A stretch of 64,000 nt of DNA from Desulfosudaceae bacterium (GTDB taxonomy: Bacteria > Desulfobacterota > Desulfobacteria > Desulfobacterales > Desulfosudaceae). Under the pieces are notes generated by a model. That model saw nothing but the letters and a program-made list of their open reading frames with translations, ran no database searches and had not been told where the DNA came from. The position numbers and the translations under genes are program-made. The DNA is taken from NCBI GenBank assembly GCA_963674745.2, contig CAXXDV010000003.1:2560001-2624000 (forward strand), in the 5' to 3' direction. This document shows positions 28,587 through 36,393 of this stretch, piece by piece. The number at the start of each line of letters is the position of its first letter. Position 1 is the first letter of the stretch.

Positions 28587-28728
28587 GGGCACCTCTAAAA
28601 ATTGCCTTTTGGCCCGATGTCGGCGTTGTGCTCAAATTTTAATCCTCGAAATACGACTAAGTATTCCTCCGGTTAAAATTTTCGCGCGCCTTGACCTCGA
28701 ACCAAAATTCTAATTTTTAGAGATACCC
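28587..28728. mobile_element. MITE-like element, 142 bp
   Basis: Terminal inverted repeats GGGCACCTCTAAAAATT / AATTTTTAGAGATACCC (15 of 17 match); no coding capacity. Confidence 0.65.
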
Positions 28729-28745
28729 GTAAGTTTAGTCATCCA

Positions 28746-28841
28746 TTGCATTTTTCAATTCTTAAAAAAAATCGCCGCCCAACAGCGTATTGAAGAAGCA
28801 TCCGCCGCCTGATAGATTTAAGGGGTCAAGGGGGCTGAGTC
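28746..28841. repeat. Chimeric remnant: giant-gene tail fused to permease stop region
   Basis: 28746-28809 resembles 18406-18470; 28802-28841 resembles 18026-18064; the parts overlap at CCGCCGCC. Confidence 0.7.
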
Positions 28842-28979
28842 ATTAAGCCATGAACTCCGACCGTATTAAAAAACTCAAAAAATTGATATCGATTGTGTTA
28901 ACGCAAATAATACGGTAATATATTATATTCCTGAACTTTTGATTCACCCAACTTCTGCAATCAACCGATGAGGCGGCTC

Positions 28980-30215
28980 ATGCTGACGGAAAAAGAGAAA
29001 CTTGAACGGCTGACCATTCTGGGAATCGAGCTGAATCATATCCAGGATATGGATATCATGATGGAAAAAATCCTGACCGAGTCGCGATGTTTTGTCAATG
29101 CCGACGCCGGTTCCATCTATATCCGGGAAAATGACCGCCTGCGTTTTACCTACACCCAGAACGATACCCTTCAAAAACGGCTGGCACCGGGTGAAAAACT
29201 GATTTATTCCACCTTTAGCCTGCCCATTGACAAAAAAACCCTGTCCGGATATGTCACCCTGACCGGCGAGCCCCTAAATCTCGACGACGTTTATCAAATC
29301 GATCCGGTCAGTCCCTACCAGTTCGGCAAACGATTTGACGAGGCCACCGACTACAGAACCAAGTCGATTTTGACCATTCCCCTGGCCACACCCGGGGGTA
29401 AAACCCTGGGCGTTCTGCAGGTCATCAACGCCCGGGATGACGCCGGCCGGACGGTTGCCTTCAGCGACTCGGACGTGATGACCATGATGAACTTCGCCGG
29501 TATCGCCTCGGTCACCCTGGAACGCGCCCAGATGACCCGCGCCCTGCTGTTGCGGATGATCAAGATGGCCGAGATGAGGGATCCCAGGGAAACCGGTGCC
29601 CATGTCAACCGCGTCGGCGGTTATGCCGTGGAGTTGTATGAAAAATGGGCCCGGCGACGGGACATTCCGGAACAAGAGATCGAAAAAAACCGGGATCTGC
29701 TGAGGATGGCGGCCATGCTCCATGACGTGGGCAAGGTCGGTATTTCCGACACGATTTTAAAAAAACCCGGCAAACTGGACGAACAGGAATATGAAACCAT
29801 GAAGGACCATTCCGTGCTGGGCGCGCGGCTGTTTATCAACAGCCAGTCGGCTTTTGACGATACCGCCGCTGCCGTGGCACTGAACCATCATGAAAAATGG
29901 AATGGCTCCGGATACCCCGGGTATATCAACACCGCTACCGGGCGCCCTCTGCCGGAACATAAACAGCCCAACGGTCGGGCGGCCGGCAAAAAGGGAGAAG
30001 AAATCCCGATTTTCGGCCGAATTGTGGCTCTGGCCGATGTCTTTGACGCGTTGTCCTCCATCCGGGTCTACAAGCCCGCCTGGGATGAGGCCCGGGTGCT
30101 GGAAACCCTGCAAAAAGACGCGGGTTCCCATTTTGATCCCGAATTGGTGGAACTGTTTCTCGACAGCCTGGATATTATGCGCAGCATTCAGCAACGGTAT
30201 AAGGATGACGAATGA
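28980..30215 (+). CDS. GAF + HD-GYP cyclic dinucleotide phosphodiesterase
   Basis: NADAGSIY, YRTKSILTIPL, GVLQVIN (GAF); ETGAHVNRV, LHDVGK, HHEKWNGSGYP, ADVFDAL. Confidence 0.9.
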   Translation: MLTEKEKLERLTILGIELNHIQDMDIMMEKILTESRCFVNADAGSIYIRENDRLRFTYTQNDTLQKRLAPGEKLIYSTFSLPIDKKTLSGYVTLTGEPLNLDDVYQIDPVSPYQFGKRFDEATDYRTKSILTIPLATPGGKTLGVLQVINARDDAGRTVAFSDSDVMTMMNFAGIASVTLERAQMTRALLLRMIKMAEMRDPRETGAHVNRVGGYAVELYEKWARRRDIPEQEIEKNRDLLRMAAMLHDVGKVGISDTILKKPGKLDEQEYETMKDHSVLGARLFINSQSAFDDTAAAVALNHHEKWNGSGYPGYINTATGRPLPEHKQPNGRAAGKKGEEIPIFGRIVALADVFDALSSIRVYKPAWDEARVLETLQKDAGSHFDPELVELFLDSLDIMRSIQQRYKDDE

Positions 30216-30307
30216 TGTGGTTATGTGTTTAAGTGGTTAGGTGATTAGGGGGGTGTGGGTCATGAGAGGCAGGGGCTTTGAAGGGTTTAAAGTTTTAAGT
30301 GATTAAG
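30215..30307 (+). repeat. Degenerate octamer tandem array (G/T-rich on plus) with internal non-periodic motif
   Basis: ATGTGGTT ATGTGTTT AAGTGGTT AGGTGATT ... AAGGGTTT AAAGTTTT AAGTGATT. Confidence 0.85.
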
Positions 30308-30312
30308 CCTTT

Positions 30313-30747
30313 TTATACCATTTCTTGACAGATTTCACAGTTCCAGTTTACAATTTCCAATCCTTTCTTAAATTCTTGTAACAATTCAACATGATTAAAA
30401 TATTCTTCTTTTGATGAAAAATCATATGCCCAAAGAGTTGATTCCAATGTCATAAGTTCTGGTGTTGGCATGCATGTAAATTCAAGATGCAACTGTTCCA
30501 TATATTCGTACTCACCATCTTCATCAGCCACTGAGAACTGGCGGACGAATTCAAAATAAAAAAGGCGCTCACCAGTAAAATCATAACATCCCGTCTGAAA
30601 CAGAATACCATCATCCTCACATTCAACTGGTTCGGCAACGAACTTTTTAAATGCCTTCCACGCAATACCCGGATCTGGCTTTTTAAAATCAAAGCCGCTG
30701 GAACTCAATATTTCAAGCAATCTTGCTTCCGCTTCATTGACTTTCAT
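30313..30747 (-). CDS. AT-rich acidic hypothetical protein (possibly immunity-like)
   Basis: 144 aa, GGAG RBS, codon usage unlike neighbours; function not recognisable. Confidence 0.7.
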   Translation of the reverse strand: MKVNEAEARLLEILSSSGFDFKKPDPGIAWKAFKKFVAEPVECEDDGILFQTGCYDFTGERLFYFEFVRQFSVADEDGEYEYMEQLHLEFTCMPTPELMTLESTLWAYDFSSKEEYFNHVELLQEFKKGLEIVNWNCEICQEMV

Positions 30748-30757
30748 TTTGTCTCCA

Positions 30758-30919
30758 AATCACTTAAAACCCGAACCAAAAACATAATCACAACTGGGCA
30801 CGGCACCGCCGTGCCCCTACATAAACACTTAACCACCTGAAAACCCGAACCACTTAATCACATAATCACTTAAACACATAATCACTTAATCACCTAAAAC
30901 CCTAACACTCTAAAACCTT
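30758..30919 (-). repeat. Degenerate octamer tandem array (G/T-rich on minus) containing a GTAG REP
   Basis: AATCACTT, AACCACTT, AAACACAT and AAAACCCT units; GTAGGGGCACGGCGGTGCCGTGCCC on minus at 30820-30796. Confidence 0.88.
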
Positions 30920-30935
30920 TCCCTTCCCCGCACGG

Positions 30936-31574
30936 CTAGAGTAACCCCAAGCTAAATATTGCGGCGTTCCCGAGGACATGAATGGTGTAGGGGGTCATCA
31001 AGCTTTTTTCTTTTTCATAGGCCAGGCAGAAAACAATCCCGCCGATGGCCTGGGTAACCGGAATGGCCGCAACAGACAGGTGCAGGCCGGCAAATACGGC
31101 GGTGGCCACAATGACGCCGGTGGCCACCCCCCAACGTCGAAAATAACCGTACAAAAGCCCCCGGAAAAACAACTCCTCGGCAAGGGGGGACACCACCACG
31201 CCGGTTAAAAGATAAAGCGCCCCATCGGTTCCGGGAGGCAGGTCCAGCCGGAAAAAAAGGACCGGGTTGTTACCCGCGGCCAGCAGCAATGCGCCGGCAA
31301 CGGCTACCGCGCCGCCGAAAACAATCGACCAGCTCAACCCCGTCTTTAGCCCCCTGACGAAATCGCTTTTGCCCAGCCCCACGCCGGCCAGATCGCGCTG
31401 CCACAACCATATTAATAACAGCAACAGCAGCGTCTCGGCCATGCGAGCGGCCAGAAGCGCAACCGGTGGCGAGCACGTGCCTGCCGCCACGGTTGTCCGG
31501 GCCAGGGTTTCGACCAGCACAATCGCCGCCATGGCCGTAGCAACCGTTATCAGTCTGATTTTTCCGGTATCCAT
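30936..31574 (-). CDS. CPBP family (CAAX protease/Abi) intramembrane protease
   Basis: EELFFRG, FAGLH and HVLGN motifs; TM segments. Confidence 0.9.
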   Translation of the reverse strand: MDTGKIRLITVATAMAAIVLVETLARTTVAAGTCSPPVALLAARMAETLLLLLLIWLWQRDLAGVGLGKSDFVRGLKTGLSWSIVFGGAVAVAGALLLAAGNNPVLFFRLDLPPGTDGALYLLTGVVVSPLAEELFFRGLLYGYFRRWGVATGVIVATAVFAGLHLSVAAIPVTQAIGGIVFCLAYEKEKSLMTPYTIHVLGNAAIFSLGLL

Positions 31575-33160
31575 CCCAGTCTCCTGGAGTCCTTAAAGGC
31601 GTAAAACTGAACATACCAGTTATCGGTGGACTGCATTTTCTCAAGCACCACTTCCCTGTAAGACTCCTGGGTTTTGCCATCCAGATTTTCAAACCGATCA
31701 GCGATAGCAGCAATGGCTTTGCAGATGATATAGGCTGAATCTGATTCCAAAAATCGAAAAATGGCCCTGGTTGCTTCAGGGGCACGACTGTTCCCCAGAT
31801 TACTGACCAGCCAGTAGCGCTGGGCAAAATCCGTAGTTGTCAGCAGTTTCTGATACCCCGGGAAACCGGCGATATCCAACCGGTTGTCATGAATAAACCG
31901 CAAGGCGACGATGCGCTCTTTGCGGGTACCATCCCGGATAGCGGCTGCGGCCTGATCCCGTGTCAGCGTGTCCGCTGCCGGTGCATCCAGGGCCAGCATG
32001 ACGCATATCCAAAAAATGAAGCAGAGAAGCGGTGCCAGAAATGATGCCACGCGGATATTCAACAGCACGCCGGGAAAAAGACAAAAAACGGCATAGCTGC
32101 TCAGATAAAGAATCAGGGGTGCCACACCCAGCAGGGCGACGATGGTAAACTGTCGAAAAGCCTTGCTGTTATCCGTTTCTGCGGAAAACTGATCGAGTAT
32201 TTCAGCGGCCGATCTCATAAACCGGTTGCGGTCGACAATCAACACGGCCTTTTTTCCATGGCCGAGAATCAGCCGGTCTTCCTGAAAAACAAGTCTCAAG
32301 TCAGCCGCAGGCCCTTCTTCGGCAATGACAAAATAGTTCTGTGCCCGCAACACAGCTTCCAGGCTGCGGGCGGTTTTTGCATCCATATCTCCGGCAATCA
32401 CACAGGTTTTAAGCTGTTTATCAGCCAACGGCTTGAAAACCTCGGCCGGGAACAGGGTATACCGGTAATAAAAATCAACGATCGCGGCACCGGGGCGGGA
32501 GGTCAACAGCAGGTTGTCCTTTAAATTGACAAACACATCCTTGTTCACCTGCGACAACCAGATCGCCAGCAGGACGGCAATAAGCACAAAATGAAAGGGA
32601 TTGCGCCAGGGAAGGCGTTTATACCCTTTTCGTTGCGGCGACCATTTCAGGGTTGCCCAGACAACCGCCGGGGGAACCAGCAGCAAAAAAGCCGTCAGAC
32701 CGGGACAAAGCCCACGGGCATTAGCCCGGATCAGCAGCATCAGCCATCCGATGACTGGAACCGTCGCGGCGGTTGCCGTTATCAGAAGAACCGCCATGCC
32801 CAGGAACCGGAAACCGGGTTTTAACATTCCGGATTTATAAACCCGGACGAGCGACGGCAGCGGCAGAATCAGCAAAATCGTCACAAAGGTCAGCAAAACG
32901 ACTCCCGCGCCCGTACTGAGCGTGAAAAAGGCGCCACCGGCAAAAGCGGCTTCAAAGCTTGTCAGTGACGGGTCAATATTAACGCCGGGCAGTGGACTGT
33001 AGCCTGCCGCCTGGATGGCGGCAATTTTTGCCGCCAGCGACCGGTTGGAAAAATAAACCAGCACGGTCCCGACCACCTGAGCCACCGCCAGTCCCAGAAC
33101 GACCACCCGAAACGGATAGAGGAGGCGCAGGGTGTCTTTAATGTTCGAAACCAGGTTCAA
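31550..33160 (-). CDS. Polytopic membrane protein with C-terminal HEAT-like repeats
   Basis: Many TM segments; C-terminal helical repeats (RYWLVSNLG, ICKAIAAIA); overlaps the CPBP gene. Confidence 0.6.
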   Translation of the reverse strand: MNLVSNIKDTLRLLYPFRVVVLGLAVAQVVGTVLVYFSNRSLAAKIAAIQAAGYSPLPGVNIDPSLTSFEAAFAGGAFFTLSTGAGVVLLTFVTILLILPLPSLVRVYKSGMLKPGFRFLGMAVLLITATAATVPVIGWLMLLIRANARGLCPGLTAFLLLVPPAVVWATLKWSPQRKGYKRLPWRNPFHFVLIAVLLAIWLSQVNKDVFVNLKDNLLLTSRPGAAIVDFYYRYTLFPAEVFKPLADKQLKTCVIAGDMDAKTARSLEAVLRAQNYFVIAEEGPAADLRLVFQEDRLILGHGKKAVLIVDRNRFMRSAAEILDQFSAETDNSKAFRQFTIVALLGVAPLILYLSSYAVFCLFPGVLLNIRVASFLAPLLCFIFWICVMLALDAPAADTLTRDQAAAAIRDGTRKERIVALRFIHDNRLDIAGFPGYQKLLTTTDFAQRYWLVSNLGNSRAPEATRAIFRFLESDSAYIICKAIAAIADRFENLDGKTQESYREVVLEKMQSTDNWYVQFYAFKDSRRLGWIPEKSD

Positions 33161-33176
33161 GGGTTCTTTCTTTCAG

Positions 33177-33260
33177 AAATGGTTAAGTGTTTATGTGATT
33201 ATGTGTTTAAGGTTTTAGAGTTTTAGGGTTTTAGGTGGTTAAGTGATTAAGTGGTTAAGG
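33177..33260 (+). repeat. Degenerate octamer tandem array (G/T-rich on plus), about 10 units
   Basis: AAATGGTT AAGTGTTT ATGTGATT ATGTGTTT AAGGTTTT AGAGTTTT AGGGTTTT AGGTGGTT AAGTGATT AAGTGGTT. Confidence 0.9.
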
Positions 33261-33265
33261 ATTTT

Positions 33266-33757
33266 CTAGTTATCGTTAATCACCTGTGTAAATGTAATCT
33301 CTAAATATGACTCAGAGGCCCCATGCATCATAAGGATTGATTTAACTTCTGCATCTTTTAATAGGCCTGAATCAAAAGGGCCTTCTACCCGCCACCAAGC
33401 GGGGTCAGCCTCCGAGTTATCCTGTAAGAATCTGTTGGATGGATTATCATACGGCTTCAAACCAAGCTTATTCACTAAACGAATAACGGCATCTTTATTT
33501 AATATGAATGCATACGTCACGGCACTACTATTCGATGACTTGTTCACATGAACAACGTTCGAGATGGGCAGCCCGTTATTTTCTAACAACATATCGATTT
33601 TCCGAACAAATTCTTCGTGACTATTACATGAGAACAGTATAGTACAAAAAATAAGCATCAAAGCGATTGCAAATGAGCTTATTCTTATATAGCCCCGACC
33701 AGCCACAGAATATTTTATCCCATACATTGAATTTATGTTTAGCATGTCCTGCGCCAT
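33266..33757 (-). CDS. AT-rich hypothetical lipoprotein
   Basis: Hydrophobic stretch ending in lipobox LFSC. The ORF-track start 33847 lies inside the IS, so the real start is 33757, 33745 or 33727. Confidence 0.6.
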   Translation of the reverse strand: MAQDMLNINSMYGIKYSVAGRGYIRISSFAIALMLIFCTILFSCNSHEEFVRKIDMLLENNGLPISNVVHVNKSSNSSAVTYAFILNKDAVIRLVNKLGLKPYDNPSNRFLQDNSEADPAWWRVEGPFDSGLLKDAEVKSILMMHGASESYLEITFTQVINDN

Positions 33758-33859
33758 AACACCTAAAACTTTAACACCCTGATATGATTGACAGTTGTCA
33801 AATGGAAAATAGTTCTCCTGCCAGTTTTTAATCTGGTCTCCTTGCATTTATGAAATTCC

Positions 33860-34050
33860 AGGGTACCCGGAGGGGCGGAACCTTTAATGCGACGGTTGTT
33901 CACTCTGATATACGCGGGTTGGATACCGCATGACTTTTCTTCGTCGCGGAGCTGCCTCTGTCTAAAATCTGGAGTTAGGCCGAAAGGCTTATCCTATAGG
34001 GTGTCCGAGGGTTCTCCTTTCCGTGGCTGCGCCCCCGCGGCTGCCCTGGA
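33860..34050 (-). ncRNA. Putative bridge/seek RNA of the IS (ends approximate)
   Basis: Contains ACACCCTA and TTTTAG (target) either side of a hairpin, and ATATCAGA (donor junction). Confidence 0.7.
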
Positions 34051-34120
34051 ATATGATGTTGTAAATGGTCTATCGAACCTCCTGTTGATCATGTTTTTGT
34101 ATTTTGCCTTTTGATTGGCT

Positions 34121-35236
34121 CTAATTTGTCAAAGATGCTTCGGATTCAATGGCGATTGCCCAGATAAAACCGCAAAGTTCCCGGGCGATAGCGGTTATAA
34201 TGACCTGCTTGGTTTTTCCTTTGGCCCAAAAATGCCGGTAGCGTCCACAGAGTCTTAATTGTGCTTTCCAGGAAATATCACGGATGCTTTGCGGTAATCC
34301 TTCCTGTTTCTTCAGTAATGCTCGAGTAACCCGTGCTCTGTGCCGGTACGACCAGGCCGCTTCAACCAGTATGCGGCGCACATGCGAATTACCGGTTTTG
34401 GTGATCGGGCCGCGCTTGATATTTTCGCCGGTGGAATATTCTGATGGCACCAGGCCAAGATAGCTCATCAGTTGATCCGGGTGGTCAAAACGATTAAAAC
34501 TTCCGATCTCCACGGTGATTATAGCGGCAGCGAGTAACGAGATGCCGCGCAGGCTCTGGAGCGCTTGAACGACAGGAAACATCCGCCATTGCGGTATGAG
34601 CTGATGTATCTGCTCGGTGAGCCGCTGAACACGCAGGCTGCAATGATCCAGATGGTCGACATATTCTTGCAGGACAATTTGCTGGGACTCATGGGGCATT
34701 TTGATATCGGCAATCCAGCGCCGATGAGCCTGGGTCCACGGCGTACGTCCGGTATACGTAAAACCGCTACGCAGCAGAAAAGCCGACAATCGCTGCTTGC
34801 AACGTTTTTCATCCTGCTTGATATCACTACGCGCTCTGACCAGGTCTCGCAAGGCCTCGTCTTCGGCAAGGGGAACATGAACGGAAGTCAAGTCGCCGGA
34901 TCGATGCAAACGCGCCAGCATAAGAGAATCGCGCCGGTCATTTTTAATCCGGTTCCCGCTCTGCTTGGGAATCAGCGAAGGCGCTACCACCTTACAGTCA
35001 AAACCCTTGGCAGTAAGATGACGATAGATCTGATAACCGCAGGGACCGGCCTCATACACAAAATGCAGATCGGCATTTTTACTGACCATCTTACGTGTCA
35101 CCTTGTCCAGTGCCGCCAATGTTCCATCGATTTGACCATAGTGTACAACTTCACCATTACACCCGCCTTGGGCGATGGAAATATCAATACTTTTTTTGTG
35201 GACATCCATACCGATAAATATGCTATTCTTCTTCAT
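34121..35236 (-). CDS. IS110 family transposase/recombinase
   Basis: DEDD residues in GMDVHK, YEAGPCG and KNDRRD; C-terminal GLVPSEYSTG, ITKTGN, AIARELC. Confidence 0.95.
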   Translation of the reverse strand: MKKNSIFIGMDVHKKSIDISIAQGGCNGEVVHYGQIDGTLAALDKVTRKMVSKNADLHFVYEAGPCGYQIYRHLTAKGFDCKVVAPSLIPKQSGNRIKNDRRDSLMLARLHRSGDLTSVHVPLAEDEALRDLVRARSDIKQDEKRCKQRLSAFLLRSGFTYTGRTPWTQAHRRWIADIKMPHESQQIVLQEYVDHLDHCSLRVQRLTEQIHQLIPQWRMFPVVQALQSLRGISLLAAAIITVEIGSFNRFDHPDQLMSYLGLVPSEYSTGENIKRGPITKTGNSHVRRILVEAAWSYRHRARVTRALLKKQEGLPQSIRDISWKAQLRLCGRYRHFWAKGKTKQVIITAIARELCGFIWAIAIESEASLTN

Positions 35237-35355
35237 GACCTGCCTCCTTGGTATTGGCTCTGTGCCAGGTTAATGTAGGTTGACCTTTAGCATAACCCAC
35301 GTTTGCAAGGATGGCAGGTCATTTCCTTCTATTTTAACTGTCAATCATTATGTCT

Positions 35356-35543
35356 AAAACCTTTAATGCCTCTGCCGCACATCCCCCCAGATCTAACCTA
35401 CACCCTCATAATCACTTAACCACTTAATCACCTAAGCACCTAAAGCTTCTAAGCGGCACTTTCACTTATCGGCTTGGTTCTGCGCTATGCCCCGGTTGGA
35501 CGTTTAAAACCCTAAAACCTAAAACTCTAAAACTTTAAAACCT
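35356..35543 (-). repeat. Degenerate octamer arrays (G/T-rich on minus), continuing 33757-33780 across the IS
   Basis: TAATCACT TAACCACT TAATCACC TAAGCACC (35409-35440) and TAAAACCC TAAAACC TAAAACTC TAAAACTT (35505-35543). Confidence 0.85.
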
Positions 35544-35641
35544 TCGTATAATTATGAGTTGTACTATACCATCGTTCTGTTAAAATACAACATTCGACCA
35601 CGTTCAATCAATTGCGAGACGAAGCCGTCAAAGGAGATAAA

Positions 35642-36385
35642 ATGAAAATAGCCGCCATCATTCCCTCACGCTACGAATCCACCCGTTTCCCGGGAAAACC
35701 CCTGGCGCCGATTGCCGGCACCCCCCTGATCCAGCACGTTTACAATCGTGTCCGCCAGGCCCCTTGCATCACGGACGTCGCCGTGGCCACGGACGACCAG
35801 CGTATTTATGACGCGGTGATGGGTTTCGGCGGGGATTGCGTGATGACCCGGGACAAATGCCGCACCGGAACGGACAGAGTCGCGGAAGCCGCCCGGTTAA
35901 TGGGGCTGGAACCCGGTGACATCGTCGTTAACGTTCAGGGGGACCAGCCGCTGATCGCGGCGGAGACCATCGAACAGACCGTCGCCCCGCTGCTTTCTCC
36001 GGTTGATTTCGGCGTATCCACCCCGCTTCTTGCCATCGATGATGAAACAACGATCAACAGCACCAAAAACGTCAAAGCGGTTTTTGACAGCGGGGGGTTC
36101 GCACTTTATTTCTCAAGGGCACCGATTCCTTATGCCCGCGATCCCGAAACGCCCGCCCGGATTTACAAGCATCTGGGTGTCTATGCTTTTGCCATCGGTT
36201 TTCTGGGCCTGTTTGCCAGCCTGCCGTCGGGGAAACTGGAAGAAATTGAAAAACTGGAGCAGTTAAGAGTGCTGGAGTATGGATACAAAATCAAGGTCGT
36301 CATTACCGAACATGATTCACCGTCCGTTGATCTTCCCGAAGATATCGAGTATATCGAGTCGCTCATGGCCGCCGGTCAGGAGTGA
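35642..36385 (+). CDS. kdsB: 3-deoxy-manno-octulosonate cytidylyltransferase
   Basis: IIPSRYESTRFPGKPL, GTDR, VNVQGDQP, YFSR.PIP, EKLEQLR; AGGAG RBS. Confidence 0.95.
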   Translation: MKIAAIIPSRYESTRFPGKPLAPIAGTPLIQHVYNRVRQAPCITDVAVATDDQRIYDAVMGFGGDCVMTRDKCRTGTDRVAEAARLMGLEPGDIVVNVQGDQPLIAAETIEQTVAPLLSPVDFGVSTPLLAIDDETTINSTKNVKAVFDSGGFALYFSRAPIPYARDPETPARIYKHLGVYAFAIGFLGLFASLPSGKLEEIEKLEQLRVLEYGYKIKVVITEHDSPSVDLPEDIEYIESLMAAGQE

Positions 36386-36393
36386 TCAAAACC

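Larger units (their letters stand above)
33781..35355 (-). mobile_element. IS110-family insertion sequence, IS1111-type, ~1575 bp
   Basis: 13-bp sub-terminal inverted repeats ATGATTGACAGTT (33784-33796) / AACTGTCAATCAT (35336-35348); CT core at both junctions (33779-80, 35354-55); long non-coding region 3' of the transposase. Confidence 0.9.

Noticed and set aside
33781..33847. N-terminal extension of ORF 33266..33847
   Set aside because: It lies within the IS end and is a chance in-frame extension.
33879..35369. AACCTTTAATGC as a target-site duplication defining the IS ends
   Set aside because: One copy lies about 100 bp inside the element as defined by the sub-terminal inverted repeats and CT core; IS110 elements do not make such duplications.
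30215..35543. Octamer arrays as a CRISPR array
   Set aside because: Units are 8 bp, contiguous and degenerate, with no unique spacers; no cas genes in the window.
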